DNA from: Selaginella moellendorffii
Lineage: Eukaryota; Plantae; Lycopodiophyta
Length of the DNA: 64,000 nucleotides
Direction: 5' to 3'
Assembly (NCBI RefSeq): GCF_000143415.4
Contig: NW_003314266.1
Coordinates: 1,324,463-1,388,462 of the forward strand
Below are positions 36,713 through 49,399 of this stretch, in pieces (the stretch's first letter is position 1; each line of letters opens with the position of its first letter). A program made the position numbers and the translations under genes. The notes under the pieces were generated by a model. It did not search any database. It was given only the letters and a program-made list of their open reading frames with translations, and was not told where the DNA came from.

Positions 36713-37161
36713 ACCTTTTAATGACTTTTGTAATCCACTAAAATATTATAAAAAGAAGTAAGTTTTTTATATATATCTTATTCCTTTTGATATGTTTTGT
36801 CTTTGCAAAGAGTATAAGTATATATGATGTAGACAAATCAAAGAGTTAAATCTATATATGATTTTGGGATTGAAAGATAATCTTGCAAAAAGGCATACTC
36901 GCGTGTCTGTATGCATTCACCATTATTATATATGGCAGACCAGCTATATAAAATAAGGCTACGTATTATTATATGCTAGTTTTTAGCTTTTGAAACCCTA
37001 TAGCCACTTGTCTCTCATAGTAGGTTGTAATTACTGAGACTGACAATTATCATTTAATATAGTGTCATGTCATAATAAAACATCATTCCCGAGATTGATA
37101 AATAGTATATTAATCAAAGAATTTTTATTGCTGGGAAGTTTAATTCTTCTTGTGTGTTGCA

Positions 37162-37606
37162 ATGGTTAGGAAAAAGTTTACTTTTGGTCCCAGAGGTCTT
37201 TCATATGAGTCTCTACCTCCATCTCCAATCTCAACCAAATCCACCTTTACCCCTACGCAACAATCCTCCTTTTCATTTTGAAGGTTGTTGTGATGCTCTT
37301 CCATTTGTGACCTCAAGTGCAATTGAACAAGAATTTGTTCCTTATGATGTTGTTAAAAGAGTTAGATTGCCTCCAATGCTCCAAGAGTGATGTCAATATT
37401 TTCTTCAAGATCTTACTCTAGATATGGCAAGAGAGCTTAATTATCTTCAGTGTCTTATATGCAACTTTTATTTAAACAAGACAGATGGTTACATGGGTTT
37501 GGTAAATTTTATTGAGCATTGTCGCAAATGCCCAAGAGCAGATTTGGAAAGTGTGCACACGTGGATGTATAAAAAAATCAAGAAAGAATTAAAAACACAC
37601 AACTAA
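37162..37606 (+). pseudogene. Unknown Pro-rich protein with a CxxC...HxxxC zinc-finger-like C-terminus, copy 1
   Basis: ..SYESLPPSP..CDALPFVTSSAIEQE..RLPPMLQE*CQYFLQDLTLDMA..YLQCLICNFYLNKTDGYMGLVNFIEHCRKC; paralogous to 37939-38311. Confidence 0.5.
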
Positions 37607-37938
37607 TTCCATTGGTGAACACTGCATTAGTAAGTGCTAAAAAATATGGGATATTTAGGCCACCCTTTAATGTAATGTGAAAGTCATGCATAGTTTTTTC
37701 AAAAGTTTAATTCTTTATGAGTAAAGTGGAGAATCTTATATTTTCGAGAATGATAGTATTCTAGCATGTATAAAGATATTATTATATATACAAGTGGTTT
37801 TGACACTGTTATAATTCTGAAGTCCCATTTTTTAGACTGACAATCTAAACTTTCAAGAACCCCTAGATCTTTTCTTAATATAAATACCGACAAGGGATGT
37901 TTTCAACATTGAAATTTCAGTTTGTTTAGAGTGTAGGA

Positions 37939-38311
37939 ATGGCTAGGGAAAATGTTATTGCTACTTGCACTTCACCCCCATACATTTCATATGAGTTTCC
38001 ACCTCCGTCTCCAACTTCTACCAACATTCCACCCTTCCCTCCACACAACAATCGTTGTGAAACTTTTCCTTTTGTAGCCCCAAGTGTGACTGAACAAGAG
38101 ATCCCTCTTCCAGATAATGTTCTAGATGTTGCTATTAAAGATAGATTGCCTTATGTGTTTCAAGAGTGATGCTAAATGTTTCTTCAAGATTTTGCTCCAG
38201 ATATGGCTAAAACTTTTGAAAAAATGCACACATATTATCTCCAGTGTCCCATTTGCTACTTTTATTTAGATAAAATGGAAGGCTATATGGGTCTAAAAAC
38301 TTTTCTAGAAC
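37939..38311 (+). pseudogene. Tandem paralog of the 37162 zinc-finger-like ORF, truncated by the LTR insertion
   Basis: SYEFPPPSP..CETFPFVAPSVTEQE..RLPYVFQE*C*MFLQDFAPDMA..YLQCPICYFYLDKMEGYMGLKTFLE then LTR sequence. Confidence 0.5.
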
Positions 38312-41300
38312 TGATAAAGGAAAAAGTCGAACGGAAGGAATATTTGGCAGCACAAGTTCAAACATCAAAATGCCACTAAGTCCCAAACAGTTGGACTCAA
38401 GGTCAAATTGCCCAAGTTCCAACCCAACGACTCCAACTTTAGTTTCTCAGCGATCTCGGTTCGACACTCTACAGCAGCAACTCTACAACAGACTCGAACA
38501 CCAAACAGGTACAAATGACCCGGGAGCGGTTACCAGGAGCAGTTGCCAGATGACGACATCTGTACTGCAAACACAAACCCAAAAGGACTATGGAGACAAG
38601 CACAGACATGGTTGCCAAAGACCTAGTATAAATAGGCTAGCTGTGAGAGTGAGAATTTTATCCCATCTCTACTCTGCACAAAGGAAAGCTCTGTAAAACT
38701 TTTCTTTATCAACTGCTTGTGACATTTGACTTCCTACTCTGTGTTCCGGGATCAACACCGAGATGCATTTAGTTTTCACTCAGTTTTACTTTCTGTTGTA
38801 CCAATGCATTCACTTGTTCTGGGTTTTTGTTGATTTTGTGGCCTACGCCATCCTTGCCCACCTTTAGTTTTGTTGACGGCCAAGTTCTTAGTGCGGATCG
38901 AGGAGTTGTACGACTGGCCAATCGTGTAGCCTCTCTTTCTATTCTCATCGGACTTGTAATCTGACTGGCGACCAAATACTCAACTGAGCCAACCAATTCG
39001 TGATTTCACCATTCCAACCCCTTTTCACTTTTCCCCTTTGTTTCCTTCTTTTCTCCGTAACACTTGTTTTTCCATGATAACACATGGCGACCACGGTGGG
39101 ATGGTTGTCACAGAATCTGCATTTTCTTTTTTTAGTTTTCTCTTTCATGCATGCTGAAAAAATTCCGGAAAAATCTCAGTCGTTTTGAGAAATCGGCGAG
39201 GAAAGCCGAAGACCTGCACAGAAGCCCGAGGAAGGAGCAGCGCAGAGAATTGGATCGGAGACATTTGCGATGGAGCATCACGAGCACCGTGACAAGCAGA
39301 GTAAGAACAAGCTCGGCTTGACCAAGAGCGAACTTGGGGAAGAACCGAAACCGGAATTCTGGTGGGGCAAACCCTAAAGAATATTCAGGATTCCAGAAGA
39401 GGGAGAGGACTGATATACGAAAGGTACGAGCACAATAGTGAAGAAAGGGAGCCCACCAGAAGGAGGAGCTTCGTAGATCGATTTAAAGATTCATCTCTGG
39501 GGAGGATACTCAGCTTGGTTGGAAGTATCTTCGGGAGGAAGGACAAAGAGGCTGTCATCGACGAAGCCGAAGATGAAGGGGAGGATAGCAAAAAGAGAAG
39601 TGACGACACTGACAGAAGTCAGAAGAAACTTGACTTCGATCAGTACTTCCACGCATTAGGGAATCAACAGGTAGTACAACCCGTGTTGGTTTCAATGGCA
39701 GGAACATCCAACCCCGTCATCATGAAGAAGGCTCTTCCTCCTACCTTTCATGGAATGGAGAATGAAGACTACGAGTGGCACTTGAAGCAGTTCAACGCGG
39801 CATGTGCACTCAACAACGAGATAATGGATGTCGAGAAGATTGCACTGTTTCCTTTCACTTTGAAGGGAGATGCGGCAGAATGGTTCTACGACCGGAATGC
39901 TACCTACGCCACCTTTGCTGCACTGTCTGACGACTTCAAAGGATACTACAAGAAGAAGTACGAGTGCCGTGATCCAGTGGTGAGATTGCAAGAGATCTAC
40001 CAAGGCGATATGGAGTTGGCAGAAGACTACGCCGGAAGGTTTAACAAAATCTATGGCCGGTGTGATGCCACCACTGTTCTGGATGTTTTAGCTATGAACT
40101 GGTTTCTCAATGGACTTCGGTCTGAGATGCAGACTCCAGTACGGCTAGAGGCACCCACCACATTGGACACTGCTCGTGCGGCTGCAGAGAAAGTCGACAA
40201 GATACTGCACAAAACAAGCAATGCACTCAGAAGGGAGCTTCGTACGAAAGGTGGTGTCGATCGGTCAGCTGACTTGGTCAAGAAAATGGAACGACAACTG
40301 AAAGATTTGGATATTCGACAGCCCAGAAGAAAGGATATATTCTGCTCCATCTGTAAGAATGAAGGGCACCATGCAAATGAGTGCAAAATCCCCAGATGTC
40401 AGATATGCAATCAAACAGGACATGGAGCAAAGAGCTGTCGATACTACGTAAGACCTGAACCAGCAGCTGCACAAGTGGAACCGAGCGATTACTGGCCGCA
40501 ACAAGGTCAGCAGCAACAACCGTTCCCAAAAGATTACCCACGCATGACGAACCATCCGAGGCAACGTCAATGGTTCAAGCGACAACAACAACAGCAGTTC
40601 GAACAGCACCCTCGGCAACCTCAGCAACAGCAGAACCAAGACCATCAACAACTTCGACTTCCAGCCCCACCTCAACCCAAGCTCCTACCAGGACCAGGTT
40701 CGACTGCCCACATCACGTGCTACCAGTGTGGACAGAAAGGACACTACGCCACCACTTGCCCAAATGAGCAACAAAACAAAGGTAAAGCACCTCAACCTGC
40801 AGCGCGAGCGGTGGAAGTCCAGTCCGACATTGAGAGCAAGGATGGGATCGAGGTCGAGGCATATGCAGTCATGCATGCTCGAAAACGACAAGCCATGGAT
40901 GAGGATCGAGATTGGGAGAAAGAGAAGGCTACCGTCCGTAAGGTATCTCGTGAATTGAGGAATCTGCAGGAAAAGGCTGTGCAGCGATTGTCCCCGAAGA
41001 AGTCGGACATGCTGATTACGATCAAAGATGAACCAATGACCAGTGGTTCACAATTGGAGGAATCGCGACAGCAAGGCGATCCTCCGAACGAAGAACTGGG
41101 CGAGAGACTGGTGGAACTCATCATGGAGAGACCCGTCATGCTCACCGTTGGAGAATTGATCACAGGAGCACCCTACCTACCTGTACAACACACCAGGTCG
41201 GCAAGTTAGACGATTGGCGGAGTTGGAAGTTCACAAGGTTGAGGTTGAACCGGATTGGGACGAGGAGGTACCCAGCATCACCCTCAACATCGGGAGGAAT

Positions 41301-42360
41301 GAGATCCGCAATGTTCCAATTGACGGCGGATCAGGCGTAAACATTATCACGGAAGAGGTGTACCGATGATATGGGCTGGGACCAGCGGATCCAGCACCCT
41401 TTTTGGTCCGAATGGCGGATCAAAGTAAGGTACGTCCAACAGGGATTCTCTGAGGGGTACAACTGAAGGTTGGAGGTTTCCACTATTCAACCAACCTAAT
41501 TGTGTTGAGGATGAATAGTATGAAACGCCTATACTAGATACTCCTCAGACAACCTTGGTTACGTCAGGCACAAGTCCTACATGACTGGGACGCGAATGCC
41601 TTAACCATTCAAAAGAATGATCAGCAGTTACTGATATCCTTGAAGACTACCAAAATCAAGTACCCCGTGTGACATTGAGGATTACGACTGGCAGTCCGGA
41701 TTGAGCGATGAGGATGAGGACGCTCTGTTAAAATGTAATCCCGATCTTGTGCGGATTGCAGAAGTGGATCTGTACCAGAGGACGGTGGATTCCACAGATG
41801 CCATGAAGAACTTGGGTCTCATAGAGAAGTTCGTGAAACCAAGTGCGAAGAATGTGCGAGAAGAATCAGTGGAAAAACTGATTGAGCAACGAGACGAGAC
41901 ATTGGTGATGCATATGAACGAAGAGTTGGAGGAAATTGATTTGACTGATCCCTCGGAAGAGCCCAAGAAACTGAAGATCGCCAAAGTTCTACCAAGAGGA
42001 TTTAAAGAGCACGCATACTGACTACTATGACAGTACAAGGATGTTTTTGCATGGAACTATGGCGGCCTCAAGGGAGTTCCACCAGAGCTCTGTACACATC
42101 GGATCGAACTTCTTCCAACCAGCACACCCAAACGTCAAGCATTATACCGAATGAATCCCAGTTTTATGACGAAGGTAAAAGAGGAGGTCAACAAGCTTCT
42201 TCAAGTTGGGTTCATCTACCCAATTAAAAATGCATAGTGGCTGTCACCCATTGTCGTTGTACCGAAAAAGAATGGCAAGCTGTGCATCTGCATCAACTAC
42301 AAAAAGCTGAATGACAACACGGTGAAGGACTTCCACCCAATCCCTTTTACAGAAGAGATT
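38312..42360 (+). mobile_element. 5' part of a non-chromovirus (Tat-like) Ty3/gypsy retrotransposon: LTR ~38312-39082, PBS 39085-39100, gag, protease, RT N-terminus; truncated at 42360
   Basis: TG start, TATAAATA at ~38627, PBS TGGCGACCACGGTGGG (tRNA-Arg-type). Protease PIDGGSGVNI (~41320). RT YKDVFAWNY..GVPPELCTHRIEL..WLSPIVVVPKKNGKL.CINYKKLN. Confidence 0.9.
39362..41209 (+). CDS. Retrotransposon Gag with three CCHC zinc knuckles
   Basis: PPTFHGMENEDYEWHLKQF..LFPFTLKGDAAEWF..; CSICKNEGHHANEC, CQICNQTGHGAKSC, CYQCGQKGHYATTC. Confidence 0.9.
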   Translation: MGQTLKNIQDSRRGRGLIYERYEHNSEEREPTRRRSFVDRFKDSSLGRILSLVGSIFGRKDKEAVIDEAEDEGEDSKKRSDDTDRSQKKLDFDQYFHALGNQQVVQPVLVSMAGTSNPVIMKKALPPTFHGMENEDYEWHLKQFNAACALNNEIMDVEKIALFPFTLKGDAAEWFYDRNATYATFAALSDDFKGYYKKKYECRDPVVRLQEIYQGDMELAEDYAGRFNKIYGRCDATTVLDVLAMNWFLNGLRSEMQTPVRLEAPTTLDTARAAAEKVDKILHKTSNALRRELRTKGGVDRSADLVKKMERQLKDLDIRQPRRKDIFCSICKNEGHHANECKIPRCQICNQTGHGAKSCRYYVRPEPAAAQVEPSDYWPQQGQQQQPFPKDYPRMTNHPRQRQWFKRQQQQQFEQHPRQPQQQQNQDHQQLRLPAPPQPKLLPGPGSTAHITCYQCGQKGHYATTCPNEQQNKGKAPQPAARAVEVQSDIESKDGIEVEAYAVMHARKRQAMDEDRDWEKEKATVRKVSRELRNLQEKAVQRLSPKKSDMLITIKDEPMTSGSQLEESRQQGDPPNEELGERLVELIMERPVMLTVGELITGAPYLPVQHTRSAS

Positions 42361-43299
42361 CGGTGGCACTGGGTGTGGCAGTGCTAGGCATGGCGTGGGA
42401 GTGGAGGAGAAAAAAATTTACTCTTGGTGGTATTCTATTCAATGCCAATGGATCCCACAGTCACTCCCAATCTCCCACTCTACTTTCTGTAAAACCCTAA
42501 TGGCGGCAGCCGCCCTAACCCTAACCTAACTTTCATAACAGCCGTTCATCGTGGATGCAGTAAATCTTCATTACATTCTGCAAATATTTGCTAGCAATGT
42601 ACAATTTCCATTCTGTCCTAGATTTGATCACGTGACAAAGTCCTTTTGAGTTGTAATTTAATAATCAAGGTGTGCTCTAATATGACTATGCCATATATGC
42701 CATAATGTGGAAATAATGTCACAGACGCATGTGTTGAATTGATCACAGTATGAAATTATAAATGAGAATTATGTGTTTCTTGCAAGTTATAGAATTTTGT
42801 CAGAAAATATAAGATTATTAAATCGTAAGGTGTTATTTCCAAAGAAATGTATATAGATAATTTACTATACATGATAGATGGTAGTACAAAGATGGAATAT
42901 ATTTAAATGAGTTCAGAAGAATGCGATGATTTCTAGCTTTAATGAAGTACTGAAAATATGTACAATATTTAATTTGTTTGGCAACAGTTGGTTGATGGTA
43001 AATCCTAGAATAAAATCATTCCTATCTTTCATATTATGGCACATGCTTGAGGTGATATTTCTTTCCATTCTACCAATAGTTAGTCCATATAATAACTTTG
43101 AGCATGTTTTTGAATTCAATATATACATACTTTTAATATTGTACAACATAGTCCTTTATACTTCATACAGAATTTATTATAACAACATTATTCAATGTTA
43201 GATCCTAGAATAAATTCACCCTTTCTTTTCACATAATGGCATAGTATATGTTTGAAGTGACACTTCTTTATAAAAGTTTAGAGTTCTAAAACCTAAAGG

Positions 43300-46200
43300 C
43301 AACAAAATAGAGAGTTTCCTTTTGCATTACCAAGATCACCCATTGCTTTCTTTCTCCCAAAGTCTTATGTTAGAAAGTTTTCTTTGCCGACGTTTCGATC
43401 TTTCTCTCGGTTCTATTTTATTGGAGGCTATGATTCGCAACAACATTGGTGTTGTTGAACAATCGAAGTTTCTCCTTTCAAGTGTAGGTGAAGGTAGACA
43501 ACATTAGGATTTACAACATTTTAAGTCGAAGGAGATTCGAGTTTTTGGATTTCCAATCAAAGTGCAAGGCTGCGATTCTGCCAAAATGAATGTGAAGCAA
43601 AAGTCGGTCGTCATCATTTCTTCCTCTTCTAGTTTTAGTGGAGATGTTAGTCTAGTGCGAGCCAAGAATTTCCAAACTCCAACTTCACCGATATTTAAAG
43701 TTGTTTGCAATGCTTTCTAGTTTTCTTGCCTCTTTATCAACGTGTGTTCCTTTCTACATAGGCCCGTTAGCGAGCTCCCATTTACATACAATGGCAATAT
43801 CTTCTTTGAACTACCACCTCTTGTCAGCTCAAAATGAAAGGGGATAGAGACCAAGCAGGACGTCCACAACTTGTGCAAGATCAAGACCATACATTTCCAA
43901 CATTTTGAAAGCACAGTGTCCATGGTTCATTGTGGTGGGTATTTGGATTGTGTAAATAAAGCATGCAATCAAGAGCGTGGTAAAAACTCCACATTTTTTT
44001 AAGGATCTGCAACCAATCCTCCCATCTGTGACACTATTGGTGTTGGATTCAAGTGTCGGTTTTGCAAGAATGCTCCATTGTATCATGCCATCTGTAGGGC
44101 CAAGATATACTATTTTCTTCCACAGGATGAAGAGGTTGGTAGAGCTGCAGTACATATTGGCACACACACACATCCAATGTAGGAAGGGATATAAAGGAGT
44201 TTAGTCAACCGTTTCAAAGATGCAGTGCAGATAGAGACTATAAGAAACTCATATGCAACTCTGAAGCATGTTCAAAAGATAGTGCTCAAAGATTTTATCG
44301 CAAGCACTTTACTTGATCCGGATTGCAAGAATACTCAACTGGATGAGGCTAGCTTGCAGGAGTTACTACGACATGTGCAACTTGCAACTAGCCTCAAGAG
44401 GTATGAAAATATTATTACATACTTTTCAATAATATCTCTTTTACATTTTTTTTTATTTAGTGTGAATCTTGAAAGGGGAAACTCCAATAAAAAATCGACT
44501 CAATCCTTGAACTAAAACGAACTTGTCCCTACGAATTTATCTATAGGAGTTTATTTCCAGATCAAGTCATTAGTGAGCAAGAGTGCCCCTTCGTCTTCAA
44601 AATGTCTACCATGGGCCCCGCCTTTGGTATGGATCTTGTTTCCCGAATGGATATGTCTGGGTCAAGTGACCTTGCTAATGTATGGGTACATTTTGACCAT
44701 ATGGAGTGGGTGGCAGGTTGGACAACCATGGGAGCTCATGTGTATGATTTGAGGTAGTTTTTTTTCTCATTATCTTAAAATGATTTTAAGCATTGCCCTT
44801 TTCACAGGCTACGTTGTAACATAACAATTGCAATAGCAGAATTTAAAGTACAAGACTAGATGGCTCAGGAAATCTTTTGGAAGTCCCTCTCCGACATTGT
44901 ATTGAAGCGGACTAGTAAGCCTGCCAACTTTCGCAGTTTCATGGTAGATGGGGTTGGGGCTAATTGGAATGGTGTCCAGGAGGCTGACATGTTATGCCCA
45001 TTCTGGGCACATACCGTTATCATGGCGCTCCAGGCTTTGTGCGCATGCTATGAAAGATTGTGGTAGCCTCGGATATGTTTCCATAGTTTAAACACTCCTT
45101 TCAGTTCTTTTTTCCTGGAGACGAATTACTATATTGTTGTTTTCGTAGACTGACGAAGAGGACATGACCTTATCAAGCTAGATTTCGAATTAGCATTTAA
45201 AGAGTTGTGCAAACAATGGCAAATTGCACCTTTTGAATAAGAGCATAAAGAAACAGCAAATGAGATCCGAATGTGGTGGTGTGAAGATATTGACATAAGT
45301 TGTCTACCACAACTTGAGTTGTGGTTGGGGTGGTGGAAAGTTAGGATGTTCCAATGGGGACATCACTCTTTTCAGGTTGGTCTTTCTATTTTTCCTCTCT
45401 TTTTATTGCTTTTTAATATCATCTTTTTATAAGGATCAACCACTTGAGGATCTTGCACACACCCTAACTATGAATCTCTTAGAGAGTAAGCATTGAAGCT
45501 GGCATTCCTCTAAGGCAGGGAAAGGGAAGATGAGTTTATATGAAGCATGTCTATTAGATTTGATACGTGCTATAGAGCAGTCTTCAAAAGCTTTGGCATT
45601 TGAGGAAGGAAGATACATGGGAACAGGACCTTCGGTTGAGATGTTACACAATCGGATGATGAAGAAAGTGACTCCACCAGCACAAACAATGGCAACTGCA
45701 ATGGAGGAAGTGGTCCGCGGCACATTTATGGAGTACACTCCTTAGGCTTCTATTGGTGACATGAAGACCGTCCGCTCAAAGTGTCACTTTTCCTTTGCAG
45801 GTGAAGATGTTAGCACGAATCTTGGAGCAAAAAGCTCTCACAGGCCTGATGTTGAGTATCATTCTACTCCAAGACATCACCCCCGAGCTGATGAAGAAAG
45901 TGCATCATAGCAGGTTGAAATTACTTATCGTAGTGTGGAGCCGAAGCAATGGGCAATCCGTCGAGTGCCAGCAAAATCAAATGTAAAGTGTGTGGGGATG
46001 CTTCCAAGGGGCAAGTGTTGGGCTTGGATCCGTGATGACAAGTCTGCTTTTGTTCCAGCCCCATGTTTCCATGGGGAACAAAAGCAAGTAGGATTTTCAA
46101 GATGGTGTTGGCTATATTGCTGCAACACTGATGTCAACTATACAAAGTGGCTTGAAGACACTATAATGACTAAATCTAATGTAGTACCTAAAGAATGGCT

Positions 46201-46720
46201 GGTTGCTAATGGGGTTGCACTCACCCCGGATGAGATTGAAAACCTTGAGAAATCTGGTTTCAATCTTGAAAGGAGAGTTGGAGACATGAGTGATAAAACT
46301 AAGACTATTCCTACAAAGATGCACAGGAGGCCAGCAAAAAAAGGTAAAGCAGTTAAATTTATTGGTACCATCTCCAAGCAGAAGCAAGGTAAAACAAATT
46401 TGGCTTAAACACTTGAATGTGAGATTCTCTCCATGAAGTACATCACTGCACTTGCAAAAGAGTACATAGTCAAAACAAAAGGTGGAGAGTACACAATTGC
46501 CATTCAAGACTTTCCTTCTTACACATGTCCAAACTTTACGAAGCACGAGGAATATGGAAAGGCATATACTCCTTACAAGCATATGTACTACATCTTCATC
46601 AACATCTTGCACTAAGATCCTAAAATGGATATTCATATACACCAAACAAGCCTTACTATTACCGAGTTGCAGAAAACTTTTGGAGCTAATTAGATTTTCC
46701 AACACTATCAATGTTTATTC
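43300..46720 (+). mobile_element. Decayed Mutator-like (MULE) transposase gene with C-terminal SWIM finger
   Basis: WVHFDHMEWVAGWTTMGAHVYD, AQEIFWKSL...NFRSFMVDGVGANWNGV, TLTMNLLESKH, YTIAIQDFPSYTCPNF...YKHMYYIF (degenerate SWIM). Many stops. Confidence 0.7.
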
Positions 46721-47229
46721 TCTATTAATAATATAAGCTTATTATACCTTATATAATTAATAATTTTTTTTTCACTTTTCATTTCATATTCTTGCGAGTG
46801 TTCTTTTCACAATACTACCCATAGTATTTGTAAGTCTCTATTTTTGTCTTTACCATCTCAAAAAATATTTCATAGTAATCTTTCGGGTGCATGATGTTGC
46901 AATGTGTTGCGAGAGCATATGTACCATCATAGTTGTTTTTTTTCCTTTCAAATGGTTATATGGCCTTATATAGAATCTTAATTCAAATTTAATAATTTTA
47001 AAATTCTGACAAACCTAACATTTACTAGCCAGAAAGCACAAAGTACAAATTTAAAGAAGTAACAAGAATACTCTTTTTGCAAACATTTTATTTTATGTTC
47101 TAACAAACGTCCCTATCATTGCATGTAGTAAATATTTAAATTATTAGAACAAGAAGTGTCCTTTAGAACATTTCTATTTATATAATATATAAAGAGTTAT
47201 TATATTTATATTATATATTATTATAAATT

Positions 47230-48820
47230 ATTTTATATATTGTAAAATTGTTATTTTGTAAAATATTAATAAATTCTTATATTGCATATAATTTATATCT
47301 ACTTTTAAATCTTACATGATAGGTAGTAAGTATTTCTGAATATCTAAATATTCTCTTGCAATTAAGAAAAAGAAAATGAAACTATTAATATAAATTTGGG
47401 GTTGAAAATGTGAATATAAAAAAATTAATAGTGCTTATTAGCCTTAATTCCCTCTTTGCCAAAAAATGAAATAATGGTGGGAGGGATGATTAATTACTAA
47501 TCAACTTTAGTAACCAATCAGCTTATCAATATTAATCCATATTCTTCTTGGAATATTTCTAAATGATGCCTTTAATAATATGTTGCATTAATCTGCATAC
47601 TTTTAACCATTATAGTTGCATTTGAAAGTTCTTAAGCAAATACACTTTCTTTTCAATGACCTTCATTTTGGTGTTCTCACTCAATCTCAACTTTTTTAGC
47701 TGTTTTTTTTCTCTCCTCTCAGCCACTGATCTTAAGCTTTCACTTTTGATGCAATTGCTACAATATGTACTAGAGACCATAAAATAAAACACTTGTTGTT
47801 CAGCTGGTTTCAATTGGTTTGTAGTAGTATGGAATGTATTGTTGATTAGTAAATTCAATTCCAATCAGCTTCAAATCTAATAATAGTTCAAGAGGTATCA
47901 CATCTAGAGCTAGGGAGGTGGCAAATGCTAAGACCATAAAGGCTGATGTGCTAAACAAGAGCAGCTAAATTACCAAAAAAAGGAAGGTATAAAAATAGTT
48001 GAGAGGTTGATTGTGAATGGCACAAGATAGAAAATTTTCATTTCTAGTCATGAAACAGATAATTGGTTAGATAGTGAGAAGACAATACACATAGGTTTAA
48101 CTCCAATTCTCTCTTGAATGTAGATTTTCTCAACCTAGACTCTCTAAAGTGGAATGCAAGGTCAAGTGGTGTAAACCTGGATAACAAAAAGATCATTATA
48201 GAAGACTGCCAGTGGGACAAAGCTTGGGTCACTGCTAGGACGGTATGTTCCATTTCATTCAATGCCATATTCCTTGTCTTTTCATAAATTGATTGATATC
48301 TATGGAAATTCTTAACTATGATTCTAGTTAGAAAGTGAATAGCAACTCATAAGTCAACAGTTTTTAGTCTCGATCGATAAATAATTTGGGTTGATTTTAG
48401 AATGATTGAATGTAGTTTTTCCATGTTTTTCCACGACCATTTCTGAATGGATTTAAGTATTTATTCTGAAATACAAAATACAGGTGATTAAAAAATCTGA
48501 ACTTCAAAAGCTATATCTGTATGTCATAAAAGATAGACTCATTATTAGTTACCTTCACATTGCTGGTAAATAGTTTTATTTAGATAAATACTATATCATT
48601 GTTGTGGTCCATGTTCTCTAGTTTTAGTAATTCACAAATTAATATAAATAAAAGAGTGTTAGTAGTATAAATAATATGGTTTTAAAAGTTAATGCTAAAA
48701 TGTAATTTGCATAGTAATTCAAAATAAATTTTATTATTTAGTTTAAAACCTTAAATACACTTAGCTCCTATTAATTACTAAAATTAGAGAATATATTTAA
48801 TTACCATTATCAAAATAATT
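47230..48820. repeat. AT-rich ~2 kb block, copy C
   Basis: Collinear with copies A and B apart from internal inversions. Confidence 0.85.
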
Positions 48821-49399
48821 AAAATGAAATTGTGAGTGCTTAGAATATGAAAAGGGAATACAAAAATATGCATATTAATTAGCCTAAAAACCTTAGTTTA
48901 TATACATGAGTGAGTTTATACATTCCATAAATATGCCCAACTAGACGATTTCCATAAATAACTAATAGGACTAGAACAGAATTAACACAAAGAGCATGAT
49001 AGTGAAAATGTCTTGGTGGCAAATTAACATATGAATTTCTTATACTAAGCTGAGTATGCTCAACAAGAAACACATACAAGTTCTTACCTTATGTTTATTT
49101 GGCATAATTATATACATGATGATCAGTTTCTCAATTAGCTTAAGTGGATATTGATAAAGGGTTTAGCAATACCTACCTTTTGTTGTCGTGGCAATAAGAA
49201 AAGAATATCTATAAAGACTCACAGACAAATAATTTTTGATACCCTTATTAAAATTACAATTGGTAAATAATAATAAATTATAGTTAGTATTATTCATCAA
49301 ATTATTAGTTTATAAATATAAAATAAACCCTATGTGAAACAAATTACTAGTAATACTTCTAAATTATGATATTTTCAAATCTAAATAAAGGATAATATT

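Noticed and set aside
38312-38711. 400-bp TGATAAAG...CTTTATCA segment as a complete solo LTR
   Set aside because: No matching TSD, and the PBS at 39085 indicates that the LTR extends to ~39082.
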